Of a DNA stretch of 64,000 nucleotides, positions 1 to 13,475 are shown piece by piece. The stretch comes from Hydrolagus colliei (Eukaryota): NCBI GenBank assembly GCA_035084275.1, contig CM068745.1, positions 50,158,001 to 50,222,000 on the forward strand, in the 5' to 3' direction. Made by a program: the position numbers and the translations under genes. The number at the start of each line of letters is the position of its first letter. Within the stretch, counting starts at the first letter, position 1. Under the pieces are notes generated by a model. It had not been told where the DNA came from, searched no databases, and saw only the letters and a program-made list of their open reading frames with translations.

Positions 1-330
1 CATTGGGGAATTGAGAGCCAGTGGTGCTGGGCAAGAATGAGGAAATTGTCGTATGGAGCCTGGTACAGAAGAGAACATGGGCTGCAAAGTACAAGATGAT
101 CTGTAGCTTATGTAGAGAACATCCGAGAAAATCCAGAAAGTGAGGCATTAGAGTAGTTGAGCATCGGTGAGGTAAGAATGACTTCACCCATGCGTTGCAA
201 GTGCGGGTGGATGGAGTGATTGGCAGTATTGAAAGTGGCAGAGAGAGATCAAGGAGGACAATGAAGTAGAGGGAGAGCTGTGAGCAATGATTAGATAAGA
301 TAAGGATTTTCAATGTTGAGAGAAGATGAC
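1..330 (-). mobile_element. Highly decayed L2-clade LINE RT fragment
   Basis: Reverse complement of ~215-275 resembles the L2 RT motif 'LLDLSAAFDTVDH'. Confidence 0.5.
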
Positions 331-339
331 TTGTGGGAG

Positions 340-670
340 GTGGAGGGGGACCTCATAAAGATGTATAACATTTTAAATGGGATTAAATAGGTAAACCCAG
401 ATCAATCCTTTAGAATGTACCAATACAGTAGAGTAAGACAACATAAGTTTAGAATTGTGAAGCGGAAGTTCATAACATATAACAATATTATTTTCTTTAC
501 ATAGAGGGTAACCAATGACTAGAACAAGTTGCCAAGAAAGGTGAAAGGCCAGGACATTGAACTCGTTTGAAAAGCTGCTTGGTGTAGTAATTGAGGATGG
601 TACAGTGGGTTCTGGAGGGTTGAGATTGGATGGGCCAAAGAGCCTTTTTATTTAACCTGTTCTTGTGATT
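340..670 (+). mobile_element. Decayed CR1 LINE 3' end
   Basis: ggggacctcataaagatgtataacattttaaatggg encodes GDLIKMYNILNG, similar to the CR1 ORF2 C-terminus, and is followed by a 3' UTR-like tail. Confidence 0.6.
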
Positions 671-3600
671 TCTGCTGTACAGATGGAGAGAATTAAATTG
701 GTGACCTTGCGTGTAGATTGACCATCTATTTCTTAAGTAAACTTGCATCAGGAAAGAATATTGGCCAGCTAGTGGACCGTGTTTAGAGGACCATGTTCTC
801 TGGCTAGGTATTGCTTGTGAGTGGAGACTTAGTAACTGTGGGAATAGCACTAGTACAGTTGACAGTGGAGGGATATTTAATAGAGAATTAATGGTGTACA
901 CCAACTTGTTCTAACACAGACCATCACTTGTCTATGAAGTGATCCTTTATGATGAAAGTGGAGTGTATCAATATGTTGGATAGATAGAAATTCGTGTCCA
1001 AGGATAATTTTGGCAGCATAATTAATATTTTCAAGTTAAAGTCATGCAACAGAGCCAAATTCTGTAGGTACCTGTAATTGTTCAATTATTTACAAAGGGA
1101 GGTCACAAGAAATCAAAGTGAGTCTGAGCTTGTCTGCACAAACACGACACTGGAGTCCCATGACAACATGTTATATATGACATGCATGATGCATTGTAGT
1201 CTGCAGTGCATCTTAATTTGACCGGGATCCAAATTAAAACAAAAATATTTTGCTTGTATGGGGTTATGTGGGTTAAATGCTATGTCACAGAGTTAAAGTG
1301 CCAGGCTTCGGCATGCTCTGTTTCCAAAGCCAACGTAAATCTAACTGATCTATTGGAAAAAAAAGTAAGAGGAAAAATAACCTTATGTTACTTGTATGCT
1401 GCAGGAAACAGGCATAAATTATGACTCTGAGGTTATTTTTGGCTGGGATGACTGTGGCAGACAGACCACTGGCGAAGTAACCGGGGCCTATCCACTTGAA
1501 GGGTAAAAGCTGTTTCCTGAACAGCCGTTCCTCACTCGTCACCTTTGACAGTTTTTATTGACAACATGTGAGTGAGGCCATAGAGTATTTTAAAACAGCA
1601 GGGGTCAGATAGAACAATAAGCTTGTCAATTACTTCTTCCTTTCAGCCCCCCTCCCCCACCCCCACTGCCACCCCACCCCCATCCTACCTCTCTAACAGT
1701 GAAAAGGGAGCCAGGACAATGCCCCTCTCAGCTAGGGGATTGTTCTGCTCCAAAATATGTGAGCTACTTTCTCCACATCACAGCATTCAAAACCAAATAA
1801 ATTGTCCTGCCCTTTTCTTTCTGTGAGCAGCATTACTAAAGGTATACATGGATCTGAATGGAAATGGAAAAGTTTATAAATGCTGCTCAGTCAGAAATGA
1901 CTTTGCATCCCTTGCTGCCCCGAGTTTCCTCTTTTGAGCAACACTGACCAAGCTGTGGATACGGATGAACTAGCTGTACCTATATTGTGTGCTAAAAAAA
2001 AACATCCTGTGCATTGATCACTTGCTGAGAGGCCTGTCCATCATACAAGAGCTTTGTCTCCCAGTCAGTTCTATTTGAATTTGACTGACTGAAGAAGCCT
2101 ACATTATTTGTGAAGAACAACAAGCCTTTTCATTCATAATTTCAGTGGGAGACAGAGTGCTAATGACTGCCCATGAATACTGTGTAATCTGGCATTCAAG
2201 GCAGGAAGAAGTCCAACAGGCAGCCAAATGGGAGGAAGGGTGTATGGGGTGGGTGCGGTGAAGTGAAAGTGTTGTGTGAGCAAAGAGCACAATGACAAAA
2301 GACCCTGCATGTATACAAATACAAATCAGTTGTTTTCAAAAAGTATACGATAGTTTAGGTTATATACAAGAGTGGGGTGTGAATCAGCATTTGTCAAATT
2401 TTAATCTTTTATATTTTCTCAACTCTTAAAATCTTTCATACTGTGAAAATGTGTTAGCAATTATCAACACTGGCACAAAGCACAAATTTTAGGTTTATTG
2501 CATTTCTCTTTACATATTTTTTTTTGGGGTGGTATTACCAACTCAGTCAGTGATCCATACATGTTTTTTTAAACTTTAAGGTGGATTTCATGTATCTACT
2601 TGGAGCATTTTTCATGGTTTTATCCTGAACCAGGAACAATGAGTGTTGTGGTTTCTAACAAAGTAAATTTGGGATAAAACTCTTCTGGGATTCAGGACAA
2701 TTAAGGTATTGCATAAAAAATGCTAGACATTTGCCAAACAGTCCAACAGTAGACTGCTATAAAATGGTGTCTGTTATTGTTGCCACAGAGATTAATTTCA
2801 GTGGTGTTTGAGCGTACTCATGCTCCTGACCTCTGCTCTTTGATCCAGGATGCTTGCCAATCAAAGGCGAAACAGAAGGTGAAAGGGTGATGATCGTAAG
2901 TGTGTAAACTGTGTTATGGTGATCTCAGTGCACTCTAAAATTTTTAAAGTGGCCACTCTTAATGTGAAATAAGTGCTTGGCAAACAATTTGTTTCTGCTA
3001 TAAAAACCACAGAAGACCTGTGCATAATTGTATTTGATTTATATTGTGAAGTAATACAATGATGTGATTCAGAACAATTAGAAGATATGAAAAGCGCTGT
3101 ATCAAATGCAAGGATTATTATTACATTAAATTATCACATGTTTTTATGAACATGTAAGAAAAAGTTAGTTAGAAAAGGTGAGAAAAAATTGAGCAAAATT
3201 TGTAGTAAAATTAAAGTGTTCCTTAACTCAATTAACACCACTGTTAATTATCAATGGCATTCATTATCACTGCTGGAGATAATTATAAGTGAGGCATGTG
3301 AGCTTGCTTTCCTAATTTATACTAAATCTGGTGTTGTATCCTGGCAGGACACGAGTCGCAATGTCCTTTCTCTCATCCTATCCCACTCCAGTGCTGTCTC
3401 CTGTTTTTAGGATTAATAATTCTTGCATTTTATATTATAGCATCTTCAAAATGCTCCAATGTAGTGTTGGAGACATTTTGCATTGTGTGGGGTGACATGC
3501 TTTCAACAAAAACGCAGCTTGTATTTATATAACGCTGCTCACATGGGGTAGTATCCCAAAGTGGCGGAGCACGACGCTGAGCCAGGAGAAGGTGACTGTG

Positions 3601-5052
3601 GTCACAGTCTTAAAGGAAGATATACAGCCACAATCTGAAAATGGGGAAGGAGGGGGAAAGGCGGGAGGATAGAGGAAAAGTGTTCCAGAATTTCAGGGTG
3701 TAGTGGCTGAAAGCACGGCAACAGATGGTGGAACGGAGGCCTGAAGGACAAGCAGGATGGAGGGGACAAGGGACAAGCAGGTCAGATGTTAAGACTGAGG
3801 TTCTGTCTGCCAGTGAAGGATTTCATGGCTTTATTCAAAACCCCCCTCCAAATAAACTGATTATTCACATAACTGTTCACGGAACTTTACTGTGGGCAAA
3901 TAGACTGCTACAAACACTTACAAATACAATCCCTACACTTTATAGTAAAACTTCTTTGGTTGTTTCAGACATCCTCCTGATGTGAAAGGTGCTATAACAA
4001 ATGCAAGCAGTATTATTATTATTATAAATAGCACCATGATGCGTGCACAGATGTTGTTATTTTAGATGCCCCTCAATTTTTCAGTGAAGAGCTCAACCTT
4101 CATTCACTAAAACAATGGTACAGTACGATCAAGCATTAAAATGGTCAATCAATAAGTACTGTGCGAGGACGGTTCTCTTAACATGTGCAAATCTTCCGGC
4201 CTTACAAGGTACAAGGACAACACATTTATTGTCCAGAGGAAAATTGGAAGTGCCAACATGTCATCATGGTTGATGACTTGACGAACAGTTGAAAAATTAC
4301 CGTTAAAGTACCAAATCCCAACTCAACTTGAGAATGGCTTGCTTTTCCACTTTAAATTGTAGAGCATTAATACTTCCAATATAACTTCAGATATCTTAGT
4401 TGTAACGGTCTGTGTAATTTTTTTGGGGGGGATTTGCGCTGCTAGTTTGATGCACATGGTTTATACTGGAGACATTTAAATGAACCTGATTTATACTAGT
4501 AAACAGTTTGAAATGCCACAATGCACATTTACACCTTCCAAGAGCCTGACCCCCATTTCCTAGACAGGTTGTGGCTCAGTAATAAATGGGATTATACTCA
4601 CCATCACCTTTGTCACTCTGCATAAAGTTAGAATATTGTGGGCCCTTTTAAATTTGGATGTGCTGTTGACTTTTATTGCAGTCCTGGGTATTTTTACAAG
4701 GCACAAGTTTGAAGAATGTTCAGCACTTACCTAAAGCTCAGCACATCATGTCCAATTTTTCACTGGCACCAACTCAAATGTATATGAAGAAACCTTGATT
4801 CTGATGGATTTGAGTGAACATCTCAATATTTTCCCAGGTTTAAACATTTTTAAGGATACAATATCACTAAGATTGGGTTCAAAGGTTGGGTTCAAGCACA
4901 TTTTAAGTACAGCGTTATGGGTGCTTTTAATTTTCATCTGCTGCATTCTAAAAATAACTCATAAAAATTGCCTTTGATATAGCCCCTACATTGACAATAC
5001 ATTTCAAAATAATTGTGTATTTTGTAGATGAATACAGCGCTTAATTTGCACA

Positions 5053-5481
5053 CAGCAACAACAACAATAATAACAACAACAAAATTACATTTGTATAGCT
5101 CTTTTCATGTCAGGAGGACGTCCCAAGGCGCTGGACAGTTATTGCTTCAGACCAGGATGGGTGGTGGTGGTGGAGGGGGGGGGGTGGGGGAAGCAGTTGC
5201 TTCAAAGAGGAGAGTCTTGAGGTGAGACTTGAAGGAGGCCAGGAAGGCGGCAAGGCGGAGGGACTTTGGGATGGAGTTCCAGAGGTTGGGGGAAGAGTGA
5301 CTGAAGGTTCGCCCTTTATGGTGTGGCAGGTGGGTTGGGGAACGTAGAGCAGGCCAGAGCCTGTTGAACGGAGGGGGCAGGCAGGTTGGTAAGGAGTTAG
5401 AAGGTCATGGATCTAGGATGGGGCAATGTTGTGGAGGGCTTTGAATGTGAGGACCAGGATCTTGAATTGGATCATCTGGAT
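5053..5481 (-). mobile_element. L2 LINE 3' fragment with (TTG)n tail
   Basis: (caa)n tail and tail stem-loop ggaggacgtcccaaggcgc. Collinear with the copies at 37375-37827 and 50750-51138. Confidence 0.8.
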
Positions 5482-8328
5482 GATGTCTCAAAAGCAGTTA
5501 TATAGTGCCTAAACAGTTTTATTTGGGGATTCTTGGTCAGGACACTGGAAGAATTTTTATTTTATTTTATATAGAGCCACTGGATCCTAACATTGGCCTG
5601 AACAGGCATTTGTGACCTAATTTCCTCTTTTGTGGGACTGATACCCTCAAACTGCTGACACAGAGGTGGGAATGTTACTCACTGAGACAGGCTGACACCA
5701 ACCATTCTACATTTGAATTAGGTGTACTTGATGCTGGAGCTCCATTCAAAAAGTTGGAAAAAAAAATCTTTATTCCTCACGATGATGATAATAATAATAA
5801 TAATCCTTGCATATATTTAAAAAACACAACAATTGCTTGCAACAAAATAGATTTTCGGTTGCCTTAAGGCTTCATTATTAACAATATTAAAATACAGAGA
5901 TTGTAAGAATGCCATATGGTGGGTACTTGTAGCATATGGTATTACATTTATGCATATTGGTGCTCCCATAACAGCTTAAAATTATTTTGCAAACTTCCTC
6001 TTCGCTAGTGGTCGTTGGAAGAGTTGTTGCTCCAATTGGCGGTCTACCTAGCTGTAAAATGTTACCAGAATTGAAATTCACATTTTTTTCCACAGTGCTG
6101 TATTCTAATGTTAGATTGCACTCATGTCCCAGCTTGAGGCTTAACTCACAACGTCCTGATCTATATTGCTATCCGACGAATATAGGATCATTCAAACCTA
6201 TACATGGAGATGGATGAATTGGAATACAAATGTTTAGGGCTTGAATCTTCAAACTTCTGTCTCAGACGCGAGAGTGCTACCAGCTGAGCCAGGCTGACAC
6301 CAACAAACATCTGAATTGTAAATATATATGTTTGATGCTGTAGCTCTTATTTACTTCTTTGCTTCTAAAACTTTGGATGGAATAGGCCCAATGAACCGGT
6401 GAACCAAATGGCTATTCCTCATTCCAAGCTTTTAGTTATGTGTTTTTTAATCATAGGTTATAGTTTCTGTTTACATGAGGAAAGAAAGGCTGAGACAGTT
6501 TATAAAACTTTGACTGGTCCAAAACAGCCTGTCATCAGTAGTGACGTAAACTTGTAGATTTTCTTGTTCCTGAAGTGGGTAAATGCAGGTGTCAGCAAAT
6601 TTCTACAGATATTGTTGCACAGCTGATTACTTTTTTTATATTCATTCTAAACTTCCACAGTTTTACAGAATGTATAGGACTAAGCACATCGCCAAATCTA
6701 AAAAAATCTATCTAAACTAAAATCTCTTCTTGTTTCTGCAAAGTCCAATTATGTGCATAGCTTGAATATGTTAAAAAAATTCCATTGAAATGTCTTTCAC
6801 TATTTGATCCAAATCTCAAAGCTGCCAACTATACAGATTTAATCCAGAAAGTCCACATATTGGATGAGAGTCCATATTTGCATAATTTTCCACCAGGTTG
6901 CTTAAATTTTGACAGTTTTAGATATATATATAGCAAAATATATAGGTGTATATATATACACCTATATATTTTGCTAGACACTGGAATGCATGAAATGTTG
7001 GAAAGCTGTCAGTTTTATGTTTGATATGGATTGCAACTACGGCATGTAATAAATTATTAAAGCAGTGGAATGTTATACTTCTAAAAGTAAAGGAAGTCCT
7101 GGAAAAAGATTAGTAAAATGGTAATAGGCATGTGGAACAAATTACCAGCATAGGTGGTGGAACAAGGAACTGTAAAGGATTTTAAGAAGAACGAAGAAAT
7201 TCTGGATATTAATAGAATTTGGGGATACTAAGTGCCAAGATAGATGTGTGGAAAGAATCCTTAGGGATTTGGGGTGGGTAGTTCAGTGGTTTACAGGTAG
7301 ACACCGCATAACATCGTAGTCTGGTTCTTGGAAAGTGTGACTTTAAGCAAACGATGTTAAGTGAATACATTTTTGCCATAAGAATCAATATAAAAACTGG
7401 AGTTAAGTGCTTTTGGACATTTTGCATCAAAATTTTCTTTAAAACAAAGTTTATACTCACTCCCTGACTGCCTGCCTGGCTCATTCACTCACTGCCGGTC
7501 TCGCTCGCTGCCGGCTAGCTCGCTCTCTTGCTGCCGGCCTGGTTCTCTGGATCCCCACAGCAGTAAAATTTGAGCCAATATTATTTGAAGAAATATTGTT
7601 TGCAATGAGATCATCACACTTGGGGAGCTTTCTTTCATGTTGCAAACAGTGCAGATCACACTAACATCACAATACTCCAATGTGCAATTTAATAATTTCT
7701 ATTGAAGAATAACAAGGCTGGCAAGACACCATATCTGACATAGCGTTGCCCAACAGTTTACAGATGGCAGAGCAACATTTTGAAACTTAGTACAAGCAAT
7801 CAGATCTGTATTTATGCAGGTTTATATTGGCAGAATGCATATACTGTATATCCAAAGTAATGTTTTGCCATGATAATGCATTTGTGAGATTTTTGTCATT
7901 TAAGATATCGTAGCTGGATGTTAAGTCACAAACGTAGAGTAGAGTTCTGGCCTTTGAATGAAAATGTTTGATTGCATTAACATAATGGGATAAAGCTTGC
8001 AACATTTTGGAAACTGACGAACATGTTATGCAACACAATAAATGTTACCTCCAATATTTTAACATGTACTTTGACCATAGGCAAACATCAGTTGTGTCAA
8101 TGTGGTATCAGTGTCCATTGATACCCCAAAGGAAGCACTGTTTCAATATATCAATTTGTCAAGGAATATTTAAGCATCCTTCAACCGATGGCAGCAGCAA
8201 TGTTATAATTTAGGGAACAAAACTGACCCATGATTGATCACATTGCTCTTTCTCCTTTATGGCTATAGATTATAATCAATGAGTGATTCTGTTTTCTAAG
8301 AAGCTTCATTAACCTGACCATTTCATGT

Positions 8329-9250
8329 TAGAACATAAGAATTAGGAGCAGGACTAGGCCATTCGGCCCTTCGAGCCTGCTCCGCCATTCAATAAGATCA
8401 TGGCTGATCTTCTCACCTAACTCTGATTACCTGCCCTATCCCCATATCCCCTAATCCCTCTATTTTTCAAAAATCTATCAGTCTCAGCCTTGAAAATGTT
8501 CAAGGACTGAGCAACTACAGCCTTCTAGGGTAGTGAATTCCTTAAATTCACTACTCCCTGAGTGAAGAAATGTTTCCTCAATTCTGTTCTAAACAGCTGA
8601 CCCTTAATTTTAAGACTATGACCCCTGGTTATAGATTCTCCTACCAGGGGAAACAGTCCCTCAGTGTCTACTTTATCTAGCCCTTTAAGAATCTTATATG
8701 TTTCAATAAGATCCTCCCTAAGTATTCTGTACTCTAGAGAATACAGTCCTAATTTATTCAACCTATCCTCATAGATCAGTCCCCTCATCCCAGGAACTAA
8801 CCTAGTAATCTACGCTGCACCCCCTCTAAGGCAAATATGTCCTTTTTTAAATAAGGAGACCAAAACTGCACACAATACTCTAGGTGCGGTCTCACCAGAG
8901 CCCTATACAGTTGCAGCAAGACTTCCCTATTTGTGTACTCTAAACCTTTTGAAATGAACTCTAGCATGCTGTTCGCCTTCTTATTTGCTTGCTGCATCTG
9001 CAAACTAACTTTTTGGGACTGGTGTATAAGGACATCCAAATCCCTTTGAACAGTAACACTATCTAACTTCCCCCCCTCTAGAAAATAATCTATTCTTTTA
9101 TTCTTGCTACCTAGGTGAATAATTTCACATTTGTTAACATTGAATTCCATCGGCCACCTACTTGCCCACTCCCCTAGCCTATCTATATCTTGTTGCAATA
9201 TTTTTGCATCATCCTCAGAGCTCACTCTGCTACCTAGTTTAGTCTCATCC
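8329..9250 (-). mobile_element. 5'-truncated CR1 LINE: ORF2 C-terminus (frameshifted near 8790) and 3' UTR
   Basis: ORFs 8797-9225 and 8525-8788 give LQQDIDRLGEWA...LYRALVRPHLEYCVQFWSPYLKKD...EDLIETYKILKG...TRGHSLKI...FFTQGVVN, diagnostic of CR1 ORF2. Ends in a ...gaatggcctagtcctgctcctaattcttatgttct tail. Confidence 0.93.
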
Positions 9251-11150
9251 GTTAGTTTACTTTTAGTTTACTTTTGGAAAAAGTTGCCTTAGTAAAATGT
9301 ACAGCTCACTCTTATTTTTGGTGAGTACAATGCCAATGCAAAATAATTATCTTTAAATAGCAATTATAGAGTGAAATGTATGTCTTAAGTGATTCAATTT
9401 TAAGATAGCATCCTGCAAAAGTGACTCTGAAACATTGAGTGACTGCAATAGGTGGCCCCAACTCCTCAAAAGCAATCAGGTGTGTGGCGGAAGGAGAAGA
9501 TTCTGTAATATTTTGGTATTTGACTAGTTTCTTGTTTGACAGAGCTGTTTGATTTCTTTTATTCCGAGACAGATGAAGAGCAGAAGAAAACCAATTCTTT
9601 ATCAGTTCAGTGGCAGCATGCTTTCCGTGATTGAGACAAAGTGGGTCTTCTGGGCCTAACAATTCTGTTAAAACATCATATAAGTAGCATATGCGTTACT
9701 AACACTGATGGTTCTCTGAGCTCCACTGCGCTGTACTGTGTAAAAATGGGAAATCTTTGCTGAAACAGTCAATGCTATCACCTCAACTTTAGAAAAATAC
9801 AGAACAAATGGTTTGTGAACACCGTTAATGAACTGGAAACTTTGGTAATCGTGACACATTGACTTTTGGCCTAAATGGAGCCAAGTATCCAAAATTAGAT
9901 TTTTAGTCTTTAAACAAATTCAGGACGTTGCCTTTTTTCCCTTTCTCTCCTGAAGGCTCATGTTGTGGTATAGTTTATGGTTCTGTGGCTTCCGATGATG
10001 AGAGAGCGTGTTTTGCATCGATTCTGAAAGCGGGGCTCAATGGGCTGAGTGTCCCTTTCGCTCTTTCTTATGTTCTTGGGAATCTGCCATGATGTTATTT
10101 CCTCTCATACACCACAAATAAAATGTTGGTGCTCTGGAAACAAAGACATCCCAGAATTAGATTTAAAAATAGGAGCCAACAAGTAAAACTGACAAAGCAA
10201 TGCCTTGAGGCATTACTATATTTACCTGGTTATCATGTATTTGCAAATAACAAAACTAAGCCCATGTAACACTACCGGTACCAAAGTGCTTAAAATATGG
10301 TTGCTTTTCAGCAAAATAACAATGTACAAAAGGCAGAGTATGGGGTGGTTTTATTTCTGGATCAGAAGGTTCTGGTATCATGCCTTACATTGGGACTGTA
10401 AATCATAGACTTGGCTGTCACTCCAGTCAAAATTGGTGAAGCACTGCATCTGAAATGCCTTTTTTCAGAGACACATTAAACTGAGATCCCATTCGTCTGT
10501 TTTCGGTGAACTTTGAAAATTCTACATTGTTATGAGATTGGAGTACTATAACCAATAAGTCCCCCAGATGGATTATTCACCTTATTTTCCACATTATAAT
10601 AATATGATAATCCTTGTATTTGATATAGCACCTAATAATATCATTGAGATGTCTCAAAGCAATTCATACGATATACTGTCAAAAAGATTGACTGTGTACA
10701 GTATTTTGAGGGAAAAACGCAGCAGCAAGTTGCGCACATGGAGTGAATGAGTGACAATGGAGTGAGTGACAAATTTAGTTGGGGGATTGTGGCCAGGACA
10801 CAGAGAGAAGCTTTCTTTTTCCAAAGTGCAATCTTTAACTTCCACCTGAACAGGCAGATGGGACCTCAGTCTTATCTGAAGGCTTATTTTGGGGACCTTG
10901 CAGTATGAAAGCTACCGTGTTTGCCAATAAATTTAGTCACTACAATTAACCATAATTATTTGTGAGGTGTTTTGAGATATTTCGACAATATAAGGCATTC
11001 CAAAGATCAAAGTTCTCTCCTTTCAATGTAGTTCCTTCTGACTCATTGTTTATATCCAGTTTCAACTGTCAGGCATCATTTTAAACATCATCTAAATAAA
11101 CACTTTTCATTGCACATACTGTATATGAATTGTTTATTGCATGATTAGAA

Positions 11151-11545
11151 GTATCAGTTGGTAGATCTCTCTCCTCGGAGTCAGAAGGTTTGTGGGTTCA
11201 AGCTCCATATTGGGAATTTGAACTCCTAGAGACTAGATTGACATTCAGCGTAGTGCTGGGAGAGTGTTTTAATATGGATGAGTCTCCTGATGAGATGTTA
11301 AACTACAGTGCTGTCTGCCCATTCAGGTGTCATTAAAAGATTCCATGGCATCATTTGAAAACAGATGGGAATTTCTCCCAGTGTCCTGACCAACAAACTC
11401 CCAGATAAAATTGATCATTCATTTCATGGATGTTTGTCGGATGTTTCTGTGCATAAATTGTCAACTGCATTTGCCTGAGTGATACAATATACTTTATAGT
11501 AATTCCTGTGAGACATTTTGAGGTGTCCTTCAGATGTTAAAATAT
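11151..11545 (+). mobile_element. Old tRNA-derived Deu-domain SINE (decayed)
   Basis: Head cagttggtag...gagtcagaagg...gggttcaag, core gatgagatgttaaac...gtctgccc, Deu-like ctgtgcataaattg. Related to 35420-35835 and 36357-36792. Confidence 0.65.
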
Positions 11546-12983
11546 TACATTTCTAGAGCGCCTTGGGACGTCCTCCCAAGGTGAAAGGCGTTCTAGAAAT
11601 ATAATTTTGTGATTCTTGTTGTATACAAACTCTATAAAATACACAATGATTATTATTGAGAAGAGCCAAGCTGTGGCAAAAACACTTCAGTCCCCATGCA
11701 TGAAGGAATAGAAGAGCATGGACAATTGGTGTGGTGGTTTCCACATACAGTATTTTGGATGTCACTCATTTTGCGTATAATGCCACAAAAAGTTAAGTTT
11801 TATTTTAATTTAATTTTTTGGGACATTTATCATATTTATAATGCCAAATAAGAGTCAGAGTATGCATTTATTCAGTATTTATTTGCGACTAGATTTATAT
11901 TTACAGAATTTTCTGTTGACAGTTCTATAACACTTTGATCTGTTGTTTTTGTGAAATTCAGCCCATTTACACTGCTCAGTTTCTACAGCATCAAAAGAAT
12001 CGACCCACTGCATGCACGCAAATTTACATTTATTCATTTGCAGAATGCCTCAAGCACAAAGGTTGGGAAAGCTCAAGCTGGAGAGAAGCTATGGGAATGG
12101 AAGGAGTCGGGGGAAGGAAGGTAACCAAAAGTATTCAAAGAGGTAGTAAGGATCTTCAAGAGGTACTGTATTTGAAAATCCAGAAAGAAGGATCAAGCTA
12201 GAGAAGACCTTTCTCTTCGACCATGCTTACGCCCTTCCCCCTGGCTCGGCCTCGGGACACGCTACCCTGAAGTGTTTTGAGAAGCTGCCCAGCGTGGAGG
12301 GCACTATATAAACACAAGTTGTTGTTTAGAGATTTCAGGAGAGAGTTCCAGGGGGTAAAGAGACTGAGTCTCATCACCGAGGAGCTGGCTGGAGTTGGCA
12401 GTGTAGGTGGGGGGAGGAGCTGTACAATCAGAGGGATCCCTAAATGAGTTATGTGTTACCAAGATCGGATAATTTCAACAAGTAGAAAGTTTGGGCCGGA
12501 ACAGTGGGAGATATGACAAACCCATTGTAAGGAATGGGGCTACGTGACATGATTTTAATAAAATCAAGGAATCACTCTCAATAGAAACTGCAGCACAAAC
12601 AATGACACTGAATCATTTGTTCAGGTCAGCAAAGAGCCTGTTCAGGGTTGCAATTAGTATGGATTCAGTTGATTTGCAAGCTGTTCCTGTTCCCTCTCTT
12701 GGTCCCATTCACACTTCACTGTATCCTGTCTAACACTCCTTCAAAGGCACAGAGGCAGCAGGAGACATTCGCTTGAAGCAATCACTTCCTGTTGACAAAT
12801 CCTGCTGCACATAAGGTGCTTGTTTAATAACCTATAAAGAAGGCAGCAGAAGGCATGTTAAGCTTTGTCATAAGTTTACCATGAACATCATTTGCAACTG
12901 GCTGTATAGTGGCAAATTATTTATGCTCTGTGATTGTCTGGATGGTCCCACAGTTGTACAAGCCATCCTGTCTTTATACCATA

Positions 12984-13475
12984 TAATAACAATCCTTGCT
13001 TTTGATACAAAAACAAAAGTTGCTGGGGAAACTCAGCAGGTCAGGCAGCATCCATGGAGAAAGGAAAAAGAGTCAACGTTTTTCCTTTCTCCATGGATGC
13101 TGCCTGACCTCCTGAGTTTCCCCAGCAACTTTTGTTTTTGTTTCAGATTCCCAGCATCTGTAGTATTTTGTGTTTTGCTTGCATTTGATGTAGTGCTTTT
13201 CATGATCTTCTAGACATCTCAAAATGCTACACAGAATATAATGTAAAGTGAATTGACTGTATATATGTGGGCAAAACGCAGTAGCCAATTGCGCACAGCA
13301 GTGTCCCACAAACAGTCGTTGATTGAAATGACCAATTTATTATTGTTTTTTTCATGGGATTATTATTAGGCGTGTGGAGTAAGGAAGCTTGCCCAAGGTT
13401 TTACCCTGCCGAGAATTGAACCCAGGTTTCTCGCTTGTGAGGCGAGTGCTCCAACCACTGAGCTACAGGACTCCA
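12984..13475 (-). mobile_element. tRNA-derived SINE (younger family), interrupted by a palindromic insertion at 13007-13177
   Basis: Head tggagtcctgtagctcagtggttggagcactcgcctcacaagcgag, with body and tail shared with about 12 other copies. Confidence 0.85.
13007..13177. mobile_element. Palindromic insertion (63-bp inverted arms, 9-nt loop), Penelope-like terminal-repeat derivative
   Basis: 13007-13069 is the reverse complement of 13079-13141 with one mismatch. Flanked by cttgcttttgat (12995-13006) and cttgcatttgat (13178-13189). The family assignment is from resemblance. Confidence 0.7.

Noticed and set aside
497-904. 135-aa ORF on -
   Set aside because: Overlaps the antisense of a CR1 remnant and has no protein-family features.
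7460-7550. Short CpG-rich patch with three ctgccgg words
   Set aside because: Under 100 bp with no boundaries or second copy; probably a TE scrap and cannot be supported further.
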